Below, piece after piece: positions 28,081 to 35,535 of a stretch of 35,535 nt of DNA. The stretch is from a virus (taxonomy: Duplodnaviria > Caudoviricetes): positions 1 to 35,535 of IMG/VR virus record IMGVR_UViG_3300025131_007285, one strand, 5' to 3'. Every line of letters begins with the position of its first letter. Position 1 is the first letter of the stretch. The translations under genes were made by a program, and so were the position numbers. Under the pieces are notes generated by a model. That model searched no databases. It had not been told where the DNA came from and saw nothing but the letters and a program-made list of their open reading frames with translations.

Positions 28081-31000
28081 ATGGTAGATTTTACTAGAAC
28101 TTTACAAAATGTGCAACAACCTATACCCAAAAAGCTTTTGGTTGTTGAGTCGTATAATCAATATTCTTTGAATCAATTTATAGCCCAGCGTGACGCTGGA
28201 GGAATATCCCGCGAAATAGATTTTGCTCCACCCGATTTAGATCTTTTAAGATTTATGACTCATCGACAGTGGGATGATGATGGGTTGTTTAGCTATGCTG
28301 GGCAATTTGATTATATAAGTGTTGATAGTTGTATTATAGATGCTACTGGAAATCCATCAAGGGAGGAAGAAACGAAAGAAATTTTAACGCTTTCTCAAGG
28401 TTATGGCGGGAGTGGAATAGTTAATTTGGAAGCCTGGGCTTATAAAATTGATTCAACCCAACCACTTCAACCTAACCTGCCGGAATTTCATGACCCACGA
28501 GTGGCTTCTATGTTTGGTTCTAGAAATGGAGTAAGGGGCAAAACATTTTTCGATCATACTTTTGAAATGGAAATGCCTTTTCCTAAAAAAGAAGTTGATA
28601 AAAGATTGTTTGGAATTTCGACACCACCAACAGCAGAAGTAAAATCAATTTACAATTTTTACGTTGATTCATATGAAGGAGTCATAGCAGAAGATTTTGT
28701 TGATGAGCGCACAATTCCAAATATGTATGCGTTTTTATTAGTCCTTCAAGAAACAGATCCCGAAGATGTTATAGTCCGAGGAGATGATTCGACTATTGAT
28801 GATATATTTGAGAGACATATAACGCTTCAACAAACGGTAAAGGATACTTTATATGCGTCTGATGCAAATGGCTCGGCTTTAACTAGGGAAGTTATTAATC
28901 GTACTCCAGAACAACAACTTAAAAAATCTAGCAGAAATCAATATTATGATAAGTATGCAAAAAACTATACTGCTTTTAGAACATTGATTGATAACAATAA
29001 TGCAGAAGCCCAACAAGTTGAGAGTAAATTTACTAATATTATAGCACCCCTTACTGATATTCAATTGTATAGAGATTTCAATGACAAAAAAAGAAATTTT
29101 CCAATGGGAATAGATATTAGTTTTTCAACTGATACCAACACGGATTTTACTCAAGCATTGAAAGAGTCTAAATTAAGTTCAACAATGATCAAGGATATTA
29201 TCAGCCCAACATCTGATTTTAAAGAATTGTCAGATTTAACTCAACATCAACCGATGACTTGGGGCAATATAACTTCACGACCAGAATGGGAAGTCCCTCA
29301 AGGTGCTGGTCTTATTGTGTGGATTGGGAAGAAATCTGATGATTTCTTTCAGAAAGAAAATGGATTTGTAGCTTATATTCCACAATCTAGTGTGGTAAAT
29401 CCTTTAACGCGAACGACCGATAGAACTCTTTATTTGGCCGATAGGATTGATATAATTAATTGGGACAATTTGTATGTTAATCGCAACCCTGCGAGCTGGC
29501 CACGCACAGCTGAAGCAACAGCGCCTACCGATAATCTTGATTATGGCGTTGATGTTTATTTGGGCAACTCATCAGGGGCTCAAGTTTTTTCTAAAGGTAA
29601 TCCAACCACAGAAAACTTTGTTAAAAGTCAAAGTGGATGGGGGATAAATATTATAGGATATTGGAAAACGTTTCAAGAATCGTCCACAACTGATTCTGTT
29701 AATCATTTTTCCCACTGGGAGGGATTCGGATACAACTTTTTGGAGACGTTTCATGGGAATGGCAATCTTGGCAAGGCTGGAAGGTTTGCCAGAGCCCAAC
29801 AGTATGCAAGGAAACAAAGAGAATTGTCAGATATTGCATCTAGTGATTTTACATTAATTAATCTTCCAAGTCATACACGAGTAAACGAGCCACTAAAACA
29901 GTGGGACATAACTGGATGGGTAACAAGCTTGGCTTCTGATCCTGATAGGGCTTTCACACCTGGTGATGATGATATGGTCTTTCTTGGAGAATATAACGAA
30001 GAAGTTGAAGTTATATCTAACTCAAGCACTTCCACATTTTATAAAACATTAATGACCATTATTATGGCTGGTAAACTTTCTAAATTAATGTTAGAAAAAA
30101 CAAGAACATTTAATCAAATTTTAAATGGTGAAAAAGCATACACAGAAACTGTTTTTTACCAAATAGAGAAGTGGGCTGTCGATTCTGCTGGTAATTATAC
30201 AAGGTTGATTCAGTCTATTTATTTGCCAAATTCAAATGAAATTGATGTTCATCAATATATTGATACTCAAGTTAAATACGGAAAACGTTATAGATATAAA
30301 ATCCATGCTTATCAAGCGGTCTTTGGTACAAAATATAGATATATTTTAGATGAATTGGAGGGGGTAGCAGGTTCTCAACTCCAAAGCACCAACAATGACT
30401 GGTTGGCGAAAATATGTGTATTTTCATCTCCCTCGGTTCGTTTAATTAAAACACCCTATTATGAAGCAGTTAAAATGGTAATGGATGCTCCCCCCGTTTG
30501 GCCTGATCTTGATATCCTTTCATATCGTAATCAAAACGACAAAGTTCTTTTTTGGTTTAGAGGAAATGTTGGAAACTATAAATTAAAACCAATTGCTATT
30601 GATGAAGATGATGCAGCCGATATACAAAAGCTTAGAGAGGCGCAAGACATTTTAGATCCTCATGAACCAATAACTTTTAAGAGTGACGACCAGGCAAAGA
30701 TTTTTGAAATCTTTAGAATGGAAACAAGACCAGTATCTTATCAGCAATTTGCTGGTAAAAAGATATTTGAAGCTCACGCAGATGCATTTGAAGATCCAAA
30801 AAAATCAGCAACTGCCGCATCATTTATTGATTATATTACACCGAACAAAAAATATTATTATATGTTTAGGACAAAAGATGTTCATAATCATACTTCTAAT
30901 CCAACAGCAATTTATGAGGTAGAGATGGTGGACCATGATATGGCCAACACATTAGTAACAAAAATGTTTCCCATAAAAAAGGAAAAAGATCCTCCACAGG

Positions 31001-31290
31001 TTCCATCCAAAAGTGGTAAAAAATATATTTATATTAAGCCATCAACAAATCAATTGGGGATTAACAAAGAAGAATCTAAATTGGTGGATAGTAACGGTGT
31101 TAATAAAAATAGTGTCCCTCCCGAAGTTGATAATGAAGGGGTTATGCTGGGATCTTCTAGCGAACCAGTTTGGGGAAAAAAATATAAAATTAGAATTGTT
31201 TCTAAACAAAGCGGCAAAAAAATTGATTTTAATGTAGAATTCAAAACCAAGCCTTGGCGCACGACAGATCAAGGATTGCCGAATGGATAA
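28081..31290 (+). CDS. Large hypothetical virion protein with probable C-terminal FN3/Ig-like domains (1069 aa)
   Basis: YIDTQVKYGKRYRYKIHAY (30256-30312) and FIDYITPNKKYYYMFRT (30823-30873) resemble fibronectin type III tyrosine-corner strands. GGAG RBS just upstream. Confidence 0.7.
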   Translation: MVDFTRTLQNVQQPIPKKLLVVESYNQYSLNQFIAQRDAGGISREIDFAPPDLDLLRFMTHRQWDDDGLFSYAGQFDYISVDSCIIDATGNPSREEETKEILTLSQGYGGSGIVNLEAWAYKIDSTQPLQPNLPEFHDPRVASMFGSRNGVRGKTFFDHTFEMEMPFPKKEVDKRLFGISTPPTAEVKSIYNFYVDSYEGVIAEDFVDERTIPNMYAFLLVLQETDPEDVIVRGDDSTIDDIFERHITLQQTVKDTLYASDANGSALTREVINRTPEQQLKKSSRNQYYDKYAKNYTAFRTLIDNNNAEAQQVESKFTNIIAPLTDIQLYRDFNDKKRNFPMGIDISFSTDTNTDFTQALKESKLSSTMIKDIISPTSDFKELSDLTQHQPMTWGNITSRPEWEVPQGAGLIVWIGKKSDDFFQKENGFVAYIPQSSVVNPLTRTTDRTLYLADRIDIINWDNLYVNRNPASWPRTAEATAPTDNLDYGVDVYLGNSSGAQVFSKGNPTTENFVKSQSGWGINIIGYWKTFQESSTTDSVNHFSHWEGFGYNFLETFHGNGNLGKAGRFARAQQYARKQRELSDIASSDFTLINLPSHTRVNEPLKQWDITGWVTSLASDPDRAFTPGDDDMVFLGEYNEEVEVISNSSTSTFYKTLMTIIMAGKLSKLMLEKTRTFNQILNGEKAYTETVFYQIEKWAVDSAGNYTRLIQSIYLPNSNEIDVHQYIDTQVKYGKRYRYKIHAYQAVFGTKYRYILDELEGVAGSQLQSTNNDWLAKICVFSSPSVRLIKTPYYEAVKMVMDAPPVWPDLDILSYRNQNDKVLFWFRGNVGNYKLKPIAIDEDDAADIQKLREAQDILDPHEPITFKSDDQAKIFEIFRMETRPVSYQQFAGKKIFEAHADAFEDPKKSATAASFIDYITPNKKYYYMFRTKDVHNHTSNPTAIYEVEMVDHDMANTLVTKMFPIKKEKDPPQVPSKSGKKYIYIKPSTNQLGINKEESKLVDSNGVNKNSVPPEVDNEGVMLGSSSEPVWGKKYKIRIVSKQSGKKIDFNVEFKTKPWRTTDQGLPNG

Positions 31291-31316
31291 AAATTGTGTT
31301 AGAAGTAAAAAAACAA

Positions 31317-31338
31317 ACTATTTATTTGAAGATAGGAG
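31317..31338 (+). promoter_or_regulatory. ACTATTTAT putative late-promoter-like motif plus AGGAG Shine-Dalgarno
   Basis: ACTATTTAT at 31317-31325 in the longest intergenic gap of the window; AGGAG at 31334-31338; ATG at 31345. Confidence 0.6.
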
Positions 31339-31344
31339 AAATTT

Positions 31345-32331
31345 ATGGCGTTTTTAGACAATAGTGGTGACATTATTCTGGATGCAGTATTAACAGATAC
31401 TGGTCGATATAGACTAGCAAAAGGAGATGGTTCGTTTAAAATTGTAAAGTTTGCGCTTGGAGATGATGAGATCAATTATGGTTCATATAATAAAAATAAT
31501 TCAAGCGGAAGTGCATATTACGATTTAGAAATTCTTCAAACACCAATTTTAGAAGCATTTACAAATAATACTTCTACTATGAAATCTCGCTTAATTTCAA
31601 TCGCACGAACAAATTTATTGTATTTGCCAGTTTTAAAGTTGGGTGGCGGAGATCTTTCACGAACTTCTGGCGGTGCGTTTACTGGATCATTTTGGTGCGC
31701 GGTTGATCAAAATACGGCAGGTCAGGAAAATATAATTACCGGCTTAATAGAAAAAGACAACGGCACTGTTACGGAAGATATTAAAGGACGACTCGACGGT
31801 TATGATCCATTCGGTGCCACTGCCGGTGATAGTAATTTTATTCGAGTAGACCAAGGTCTTGATACAACGGAAATTTCTTCTGATTATACAATTGATGCAG
31901 ACCTTACTGAAACCCAGTATATTATCGAAATTGATAATCGATTTGGTACAATTGTATCGGGTCCAAATTTTGTACAGGGCAATACGGGGGTAGCTGCCAA
32001 TATTTCGTTTATTGACGACGACAATATTGCAAGCTATTATTTATCAATAAATACTGACACTAATTTTATTGCGAATCTTCCAAATAATGCTTCTAGCACC
32101 ACAATCCAAGGACCACGAGGTACATATTTAGAATTTAGAATTCAAGCCTCCACCGATTTGCAAACAAGCACCTACTTATTTACGCAATTAGGAAGCACAC
32201 TACAGCAACAAGATTTGGGCGGCGGATCAGCAAACACATATTATTATATTGACACTATAATTAAAGTAACTGGCGCAACAACCGGCTATAGACTTGATAT
32301 TCCAGTTAGATTTTTGAAGAAACAGGTGTAA
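31345..32331 (+). CDS. Baseplate/tail-fibre-attachment-related structural protein, N-half type (328 aa)
   Basis: VLTDTGRYRLAKG...IVKFALGDD resembles the start of P2 gpH/DUF3751-type fibre N-terminal domains (lT.aG..klA...it.mAvGDG). Confidence 0.65.
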   Translation: MAFLDNSGDIILDAVLTDTGRYRLAKGDGSFKIVKFALGDDEINYGSYNKNNSSGSAYYDLEILQTPILEAFTNNTSTMKSRLISIARTNLLYLPVLKLGGGDLSRTSGGAFTGSFWCAVDQNTAGQENIITGLIEKDNGTVTEDIKGRLDGYDPFGATAGDSNFIRVDQGLDTTEISSDYTIDADLTETQYIIEIDNRFGTIVSGPNFVQGNTGVAANISFIDDDNIASYYLSINTDTNFIANLPNNASSTTIQGPRGTYLEFRIQASTDLQTSTYLFTQLGSTLQQQDLGGGSANTYYYIDTIIKVTGATTGYRLDIPVRFLKKQV

Positions 32332-32341
32332 AGGATAAATA

Positions 32342-33442
32342 ATGGCAACGACATATAAAACATTTCTCAATAACGATATTACATCAACAAAGACATTGTT
32401 ACACGAAAGTATCCCATTAACGGGCGCTCTTGTGTCTGGAACCTACGGAACATATCCAAGTGGCTCAAATATTAAAAATTATGCTCACGGCATGTTTCAA
32501 AGTGTTTATGACTATCCTTATCTAAGTTCTTCAGCTAATCATATTTTTGATATTACTTGCGGATATGCTCCGGGGTCGCCTTTATCTTCTTCAACTAGTG
32601 TACAAAATGCCAAGAAAATTAATATCTATAATCAAATGGCACAAGTCCTTATGGGCTATGATGCGACTGGTTCTATTTTAAGATTCGACGAAGATGGAAA
32701 CATTACTGATGGCGGAACAAAAATAGATAACGGATATTTTCTTAATTTTTCTCGCCTTTTGTCAAAGGATGAAATTAAGAAAGGTTCCTTTACAATGAAG
32801 CTCGGAACTGGTTCGTGGGCATCACCGATGGAAACAGCAGTCGGCAGAGGCGATGCCAGAGTAACTATTGCAGACACAAATGCTCAAAATGATTATCGTG
32901 TAAATTCACCAGCTGGCGAATATGGTATTTTGTCTATGTCTGTTGGATATGACCCAGACGGACCCGTCACACCAAAAGTTGGACTTATTTTTTATCAAGC
33001 AGGGATTATATTTTTGTCTAGTTCTGTGTTTTTCCGAACTTCTCAAGGTGGCGTAATACAATCAAATGCCGACACAAACATGACAATGGCTGGCAATAAT
33101 AACATTACTGCCTCTTTTACTGGGAGTCTTATACGGGATGCAGCCAATAATCTACGCCACCGGCTTGATACTATAAGTTTTAATAATACGACAGAATTAA
33201 ATTCAACGATTCATTTCTGCCGAATTAATCATAACGATTTTAATTATAGTTCAAATCCAACATATTTGAGCCAAAGCAAGATTGTTGTGAAGAACAACAC
33301 GCAAGATGCGCCGGTTTCTTATATCACAACTGTTGGGCTTTATTCTGCCGATAATGAGCTTTTGGCAGTAGCAAAACTTTCAGAAGCACTGAAAAAAGAT
33401 CCAACAAACGAAATGACAGTCCGTGTGCGTCTTGATTATTAA
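32342..33442 (+). CDS. Baseplate-associated structural protein, C-half type (366 aa); paralog of 33466..34668
   Basis: Ends FNYSSNPTY...YITTVGLYSADNELLAVAKLSEALKKDPTNEMTVRVRLDY, resembling the 'E.GLYD..G.LIAVA' end of DUF3751-type domains. AAGGA RBS. Confidence 0.65.
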   Translation: MATTYKTFLNNDITSTKTLLHESIPLTGALVSGTYGTYPSGSNIKNYAHGMFQSVYDYPYLSSSANHIFDITCGYAPGSPLSSSTSVQNAKKINIYNQMAQVLMGYDATGSILRFDEDGNITDGGTKIDNGYFLNFSRLLSKDEIKKGSFTMKLGTGSWASPMETAVGRGDARVTIADTNAQNDYRVNSPAGEYGILSMSVGYDPDGPVTPKVGLIFYQAGIIFLSSSVFFRTSQGGVIQSNADTNMTMAGNNNITASFTGSLIRDAANNLRHRLDTISFNNTTELNSTIHFCRINHNDFNYSSNPTYLSQSKIVVKNNTQDAPVSYITTVGLYSADNELLAVAKLSEALKKDPTNEMTVRVRLDY

Positions 33443-33448
33443 TTCAGA

Positions 33449-33456
33449 ACTATTTA
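33449..33456 (+). promoter_or_regulatory. ACTATTTA putative late-promoter-like motif
   Basis: Lies in the 23-nt gap, 9 nt before the ATG at 33466; matches the motif seen in other gaps. Confidence 0.5.
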
Positions 33457-33465
33457 AAAATAGGT

Positions 33466-34668
33466 ATGTCTACTTATAAGTTCTCTCCTAATGATATCTT
33501 TTATAATAGAATAAAGACTTTCCCAGAAGTAAGTTTTTATATCTATGACAGAAGGGTCATTTATAATAACAAAGGAGTTTCTGCCGGTCAGTTTGTGTCA
33601 AATGTTACACAAATGACTGGGCCTGTTACTGGTGGGTTTATTAGTCTATATGAATTAAATGTTGACAGACCTTCAGATTCATTGATTTATCCTTTCGTAA
33701 CTAAGGATGGTTCTTTAACAGCATTCAAAACAGTATCGACAACAGCCTTTAATAGTGATTTTGCTTATGGTGAACAAATTAATGGTTCCTATCCTTTAAC
33801 AGCTTCTATTTCTTTGGATAGGTATCAAGCAGATCAATCGCGACCAAAAATTCAAGCCCTAAAAACCGCTTTAAATTCATATCAAAACTTAAGCTATGCT
33901 TATGCTTATGATTCTGATTTCGGGAACAAAGCTACTCAAGAGATGCGCCTGATAAGTATACCTTCTATTTTTTATGGCTCCTCCATTAAAAAAGGAAGCG
34001 TTTCATTAAAATTTTATATAACAGGTACTTTGATCGGAGAACTAAAAGATGACAAAATGAACGGAGAGCTAAGACAATTCGCAACTAGCAGTGATGGAGT
34101 TACAATTACTCAAAGTGGTTCGATAGCAGGGGTCGTTCTTTACAATGAGGGTTTTGTTATCTTAACGGGAAGTTGGCCTTTAAGTTCACACACCGAAAAA
34201 TATTTATGTCCAAGATCTGCTACCCCAGGGAAACCTCGTTGGATTGATTTTGGTTATACAGGCTCAAATGGATCTGGAGATTGTCTCAACGTAAATCTCC
34301 CATCATCAAGCTTCTCTATGATATTCAGCGGAACAAATTATGTTCCAACACTCACTATGTTGGCTCACGCTTCCAAGGGAGAGTTAAATCATTCAAATAA
34401 TCCAACATATAAACAGTATGGCTCTGTCATTTCTCAAACATCTTCCATAGGAACTACGCAATTTGTGGAATCAATACGGGCTCCGATTGTGAATGTGGCA
34501 AGTTCTTCTTTCGTCAGCTCAAGTGCTGATTTTCAAAAAATCACATTTATAGATCAGATTGGCATTTATGATGATGACAAAAATCTTATTGCTATTGCAA
34601 AATTAGCTAATCCAATAAGAAAAAGGGAGATGGATGATTATACATTTAAATTAAAACTAGATTTTTGA
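33466..34668 (+). CDS. Baseplate-associated structural protein, C-half type (400 aa)
   Basis: Shares IKKGS, G(L/V)(I/V)(F/L)Y..G.(I/V).L, N.S.NPTY and the C-terminus IDQIGIYDDDKNLIAIAKLANPIRKREMDDYTFKLKLDF with the 366-aa protein. Confidence 0.65.
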   Translation: MSTYKFSPNDIFYNRIKTFPEVSFYIYDRRVIYNNKGVSAGQFVSNVTQMTGPVTGGFISLYELNVDRPSDSLIYPFVTKDGSLTAFKTVSTTAFNSDFAYGEQINGSYPLTASISLDRYQADQSRPKIQALKTALNSYQNLSYAYAYDSDFGNKATQEMRLISIPSIFYGSSIKKGSVSLKFYITGTLIGELKDDKMNGELRQFATSSDGVTITQSGSIAGVVLYNEGFVILTGSWPLSSHTEKYLCPRSATPGKPRWIDFGYTGSNGSGDCLNVNLPSSSFSMIFSGTNYVPTLTMLAHASKGELNHSNNPTYKQYGSVISQTSSIGTTQFVESIRAPIVNVASSSFVSSSADFQKITFIDQIGIYDDDKNLIAIAKLANPIRKREMDDYTFKLKLDF

Positions 34669-34688
34669 TATAATGGTAATCTATTTAT
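34645..34688 (+). promoter_or_regulatory. sigma70-type extended -10 promoter (TGnTATAAT) adjacent to a CTATTTAT motif
   Basis: TG-A-TATAAT at 34666-34674; weak -35 TTTAAA at 34645-34650 (18-nt spacer); CTATTTAT at 34681-34688. Confidence 0.5.
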
Positions 34689-35043
34689 GATAATGGAAAA
34701 AGAATTTGAAAATTGGCGTAAGTATCTTACAGAAAAAGAAAAACCTGTTCAAGATGAATATGAAGCTCATTTTTATTTAGCCCTTACACAATCTAAGGAG
34801 ATTGATCGCACCGAGCTTATGGGGTTTATGAGAGCGATTCAAAATGTTACAACTGTTTATCGCGAAAAAGAAGTTTCAACTTCTACTCAAACTTTTGTGG
34901 GAGAATATAAAATCAGATTTGTGTTAACTCACGGAGCCGACGTAAAATATTATTATGATACAACTCTTAAACCTGGCTTGCGTAAGATTAAAGGATTATC
35001 AATCCAACGTGATTTAGGTTATGAAAAAACTGGTGAAGAATGA
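34687..35043 (+). CDS. Small hypothetical protein (118 aa; real start may be the ATG at 34693) with a FENWRKYLTE leader and a possible ferredoxin-like (ACT/RAM-type) domain
   Basis: Alternating beta-alpha pattern with two MRAIQNV / LRKIKGL helix-turn units. Its stop overlaps the next start (ATGA). Confidence 0.7.
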   Translation: MIMEKEFENWRKYLTEKEKPVQDEYEAHFYLALTQSKEIDRTELMGFMRAIQNVTTVYREKEVSTSTQTFVGEYKIRFVLTHGADVKYYYDTTLKPGLRKIKGLSIQRDLGYEKTGEE

Positions 35044-35535
35044 TTCTTGGCCTAGATATTTCTACATCAATAACTGGCTATGCAATAATTGATTATGACG
35101 GAACCATAGTCAAAATTGGAAGTTGGGATTTGCGCAATAAAAACCATTACCCAGACTTTTATTCAAAGGTTATACATTGTAAAGAAAGATTAAAAGATAT
35201 TTCTTATTGTTATGAAATTCAAGATATATTTATTGAACCTGCTTTAAATATGTTTATGATGGGTAAGTCATCATCGCACACTATTTCAACATTAATTAAG
35301 TTTAATGGAATTTTATCATGGCTTTGTTATGAAGAATTTAAAATACAGCCAGAATATATCCCAGCAGTATCAGCTAGAAAGAAATGCGGGATTACCATTA
35401 AGCGTGGTCAAAAAGCTAAAGAAATTGTTATGAAGTTTTTCCTTGACAATGAACCCGATTTTGTAGTAGAATATACTAAGCATGGAAATCCAAAACCTCA
35501 ATATTATGATCAAGCTGATGCGCTTGTTATGGCAA
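35040..35535 (+). CDS. ruvC: RuvC-like Holliday junction resolvase (3'-truncated, 165 codons visible)
   Basis: MILGLDISTSITGYA...DIFIE...YDQADALVMA: acidic residues D6, E66, D157 and D160 match the RuvC D-E-D-D tetrad. ATGA overlap with the upstream gene. Absent from the ORF track because there is no stop in the window. Confidence 0.9.
   Translation, partial: MILGLDISTSITGYAIIDYDGTIVKIGSWDLRNKNHYPDFYSKVIHCKERLKDISYCYEIQDIFIEPALNMFMMGKSSSHTISTLIKFNGILSWLCYEEFKIQPEYIPAVSARKKCGITIKRGQKAKEIVMKFFLDNEPDFVVEYTKHGNPKPQYYDQADALVMA
35443..35472 (+). promoter_or_regulatory. Near-consensus sigma70 promoter TTGACA-N18-TAGAAT inside the 3' part of ruvC
   Basis: TTGACA at 35443-35448 and TAGAAT at 35467-35472, pointing to genes beyond the window. 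Confidence 0.55.

Larger units (their letters stand above)
1..35535 (+). mobile_element. Segment of a large tailed-phage genome: baseplate/tail-tip structural module followed by the start of a DNA-metabolism block
   Basis: Co-oriented, tightly packed genes (gaps of 0-54 nt and one 4-nt overlap). Contains gp25-like, gp6-like and gp7/gpI-like baseplate proteins, several ORFs over 1000 aa and a phage-type RuvC. No cellular housekeeping genes. Confidence 0.93.

Noticed and set aside
31-32877. Short minus-strand and alternative-frame ORFs in the supplied track (60-146 aa)
   Set aside because: All lie within or across long plus-strand genes, and none shows a recognisable motif. They are expected shadow ORFs.
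35040-35535. TnpB/Cas12/IscB-type RNA-guided nuclease
   Set aside because: The first catalytic Asp is residue 6 and the whole tetrad fits in 160 aa, as in stand-alone RuvC resolvases. No Zn finger, REC/WED region, array or transposon ends.
1-35535. Stop-codon reassignment
   Set aside because: Standard-code ORFs already tile the window almost completely, so there is no fragmentation to explain. Genes end in TAA or TGA. No gene ends in TAG, but the sample is too small to infer anything.
1-35535. Bacterial eCIS/tailocin or T6SS locus
   Set aside because: The T4-like gp6, the adjoining phage-type RuvC, the phage-like gene packing and the absence of Afp/Tss accessory genes favour a phage genome.
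1-35535. tRNA, structured ncRNA or CRISPR array
   Set aside because: The largest intergenic gap is 54 nt. No cloverleaf or regularly spaced repeats were seen.

Overview
AT-rich (roughly one-third GC by eye), gene-dense window with every credible gene on the + strand. It reads as the baseplate/tail-tip morphogenesis module of a large, probably uncultured, contractile-tailed (myovirus-type) phage. Gene order: 3' end of a probable central-spike gene with an HxH motif (not in the ORF track); a 2762-aa hypothetical giant; a gp25/GPW-like protein; a T4 gp6/baseplate-J-like wedge; a DNRLRE-like beta-sandwich protein; a 3517-aa gp7/gpI-like wedge carrying LamG-like domains and three related lectin/SPRY-like modules; six further structural ORFs; a small protein with an N-terminal 'FENWRKYLTE' leader; and a RuvC-like resolvase running off the right end (also not in the ORF track). 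Most notable observations: (1) a tail-fibre-attachment (P2 gpH N-terminal/DUF3751-like) fold apparently split into N-halves and C-halves on two pairs of paralogous genes; (2) a triplicated module inside the giant wedge protein; (3) strong [ST][GAS]S tripeptide enrichment limited to some virion proteins; (4) a recurrent TA(A/T)TTA upstream motif for the structural genes, giving way to sigma70-type promoters at the RuvC end. No tRNA, rRNA, CRISPR array, integrase, transposase or reverse transcriptase was seen. All family assignments come from motif recognition by eye, not from database searches.
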